From positions 6,272 to 70,271 of the forward strand of contig DATLQD010000133.1 in the NCBI GenBank assembly GCA_035535315.1: 64,000 nt of DNA. Direction: 5' to 3'. This DNA is from Gaiellaceae bacterium (GTDB taxonomy: Bacteria; Actinomycetota; Thermoleophilia; Gaiellales; Gaiellaceae). The notes beneath the pieces were generated by a model. The model searched no databases and had not been told where the DNA came from. It saw nothing but the letters and a program-made list of their open reading frames with translations. A program made the translations under genes and the position numbers. Shown one piece after another: positions 63,765-64,000 of this stretch (position 1 is the stretch's first letter; every line of letters starts with the position of its first letter).

Positions 63765-64000
63765 TCAGCCGCGCTCCTCTTCCGCCAGGAACCGAAGCAC
63801 GTACACCGCGAAGATCCCGAAGAAGACGATCGCCTCGCTCCCGGCCATGATCACCCCCGCGATCTGCTGGTCGGTGAGCGGGTCGAGCCCCCAAAGGCGC
63901 GGAGCCGACTCGTAGAACCCGTAGATCGCGCTGGGAAGCAGCGCCAGCAGCAACCCGACCGGACTGTTCAGTAGAAACGCAGCGAAAAGATATGCAGCTT
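63765..64000 (-). CDS. Cytochrome c oxidase assembly factor CtaG-like membrane protein (C-terminal part; 5' end outside the window)
   Basis: The frame is open to the window edge: ..AAYLFAAFLLNSPVGLLLALLPSAIYGFYESAPRLWGLDPLTDQQIAGVIMAGSEAIVFFGIFAVYVLRFL. The DQQ.AG.IM block resembles the caa3-type CtaG family (recollection). Confidence 0.5.
   Translation of the reverse strand, partial: AAYLFAAFLLNSPVGLLLALLPSAIYGFYESAPRLWGLDPLTDQQIAGVIMAGSEAIVFFGIFAVYVLRFLAEEERG

Noticed and set aside
56604-64000. Calling the tRNA-Pro-proximal region (VOC, hypothetical, iclR, grd-like operon) a mobile genomic island.
   Set aside because: No integrase, transposase, conjugation or phage genes are present, and there is no right-hand repeat within the window. 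Base composition looks the same as elsewhere by eye. It is reported only as a hypothesis in the findings.

Overview
The window is a visibly very GC-rich (not computed), gene-dense bacterial chromosome segment. About 75 CDS can be supported, plus one tRNA-Pro(UGG). I saw no rRNA, CRISPR array, integrase or transposase. Many same-strand neighbours overlap by 1-8 nt (ATGA/GTGA/TTGA), which suggests translational coupling. The synteny rplM-rpsI-glmM ... glmS ... acpS-nnr-alr and a CGAAC-N4-GTTCG SOS box suggest a high-GC Gram-positive (Actinomycetota-like) lineage; that is inference.

Most of the content is housekeeping:
- pabB/pabC, murI, rph, rdgB
- pyrE, pyrF, hup
- guaB, guaA
- rplM, rpsI, glmM, glmS
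- arfB, acpS, nnr, alr, cca
- fabI, trxA, ileS, ispH
- a roughly 5xGAF-PAS histidine kinase with a receiver protein
- lipid-related genes, transporters and small-molecule enzymes

The main result is three genes that only make sense if an in-frame TGA is read as selenocysteine. The ORF track splits all three.
1. A Bcp-type peroxiredoxin (42079..42543, minus strand) has TGA at the position where the redox-active Cys is expected.
2. A GrdB/GrdH-type selenoprotein B (60198..61475) has TGA in the context GT-U-GTGTRC.
3. GrdA selenoprotein A (63285..63749) has TGA in the context ECFV-U-TAAG.

The last two sit in an IclR-headed glycine/sarcosine/betaine-reductase-like operon of unusual composition:
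- The GrdE-family subunit has no central Cys that could form a pyruvoyl group.
- GrdC is short.
- The linked thioredoxin has a CQPC site.
- No grdD or trxB is present in the window.

This operon starts about 1.6 kb downstream of the tRNA-Pro. The 3' half of that tRNA plus its terminator is duplicated 0.6 kb away, which looks like an att-type scar.

Other observations:
- a perfect SOS box in front of a DEDD-exonuclease/GIY-YIG fusion gene
- an orphan EncFtn-like mini-ferritin with no encapsulin shell gene nearby
- a 163-nt inverted-repeat-bracketed element between guaB and guaA
- genes whose conserved N-termini lie upstream of any ATG/GTG/TTG

Everything was done by eye. No searches, folding or statistics were run.
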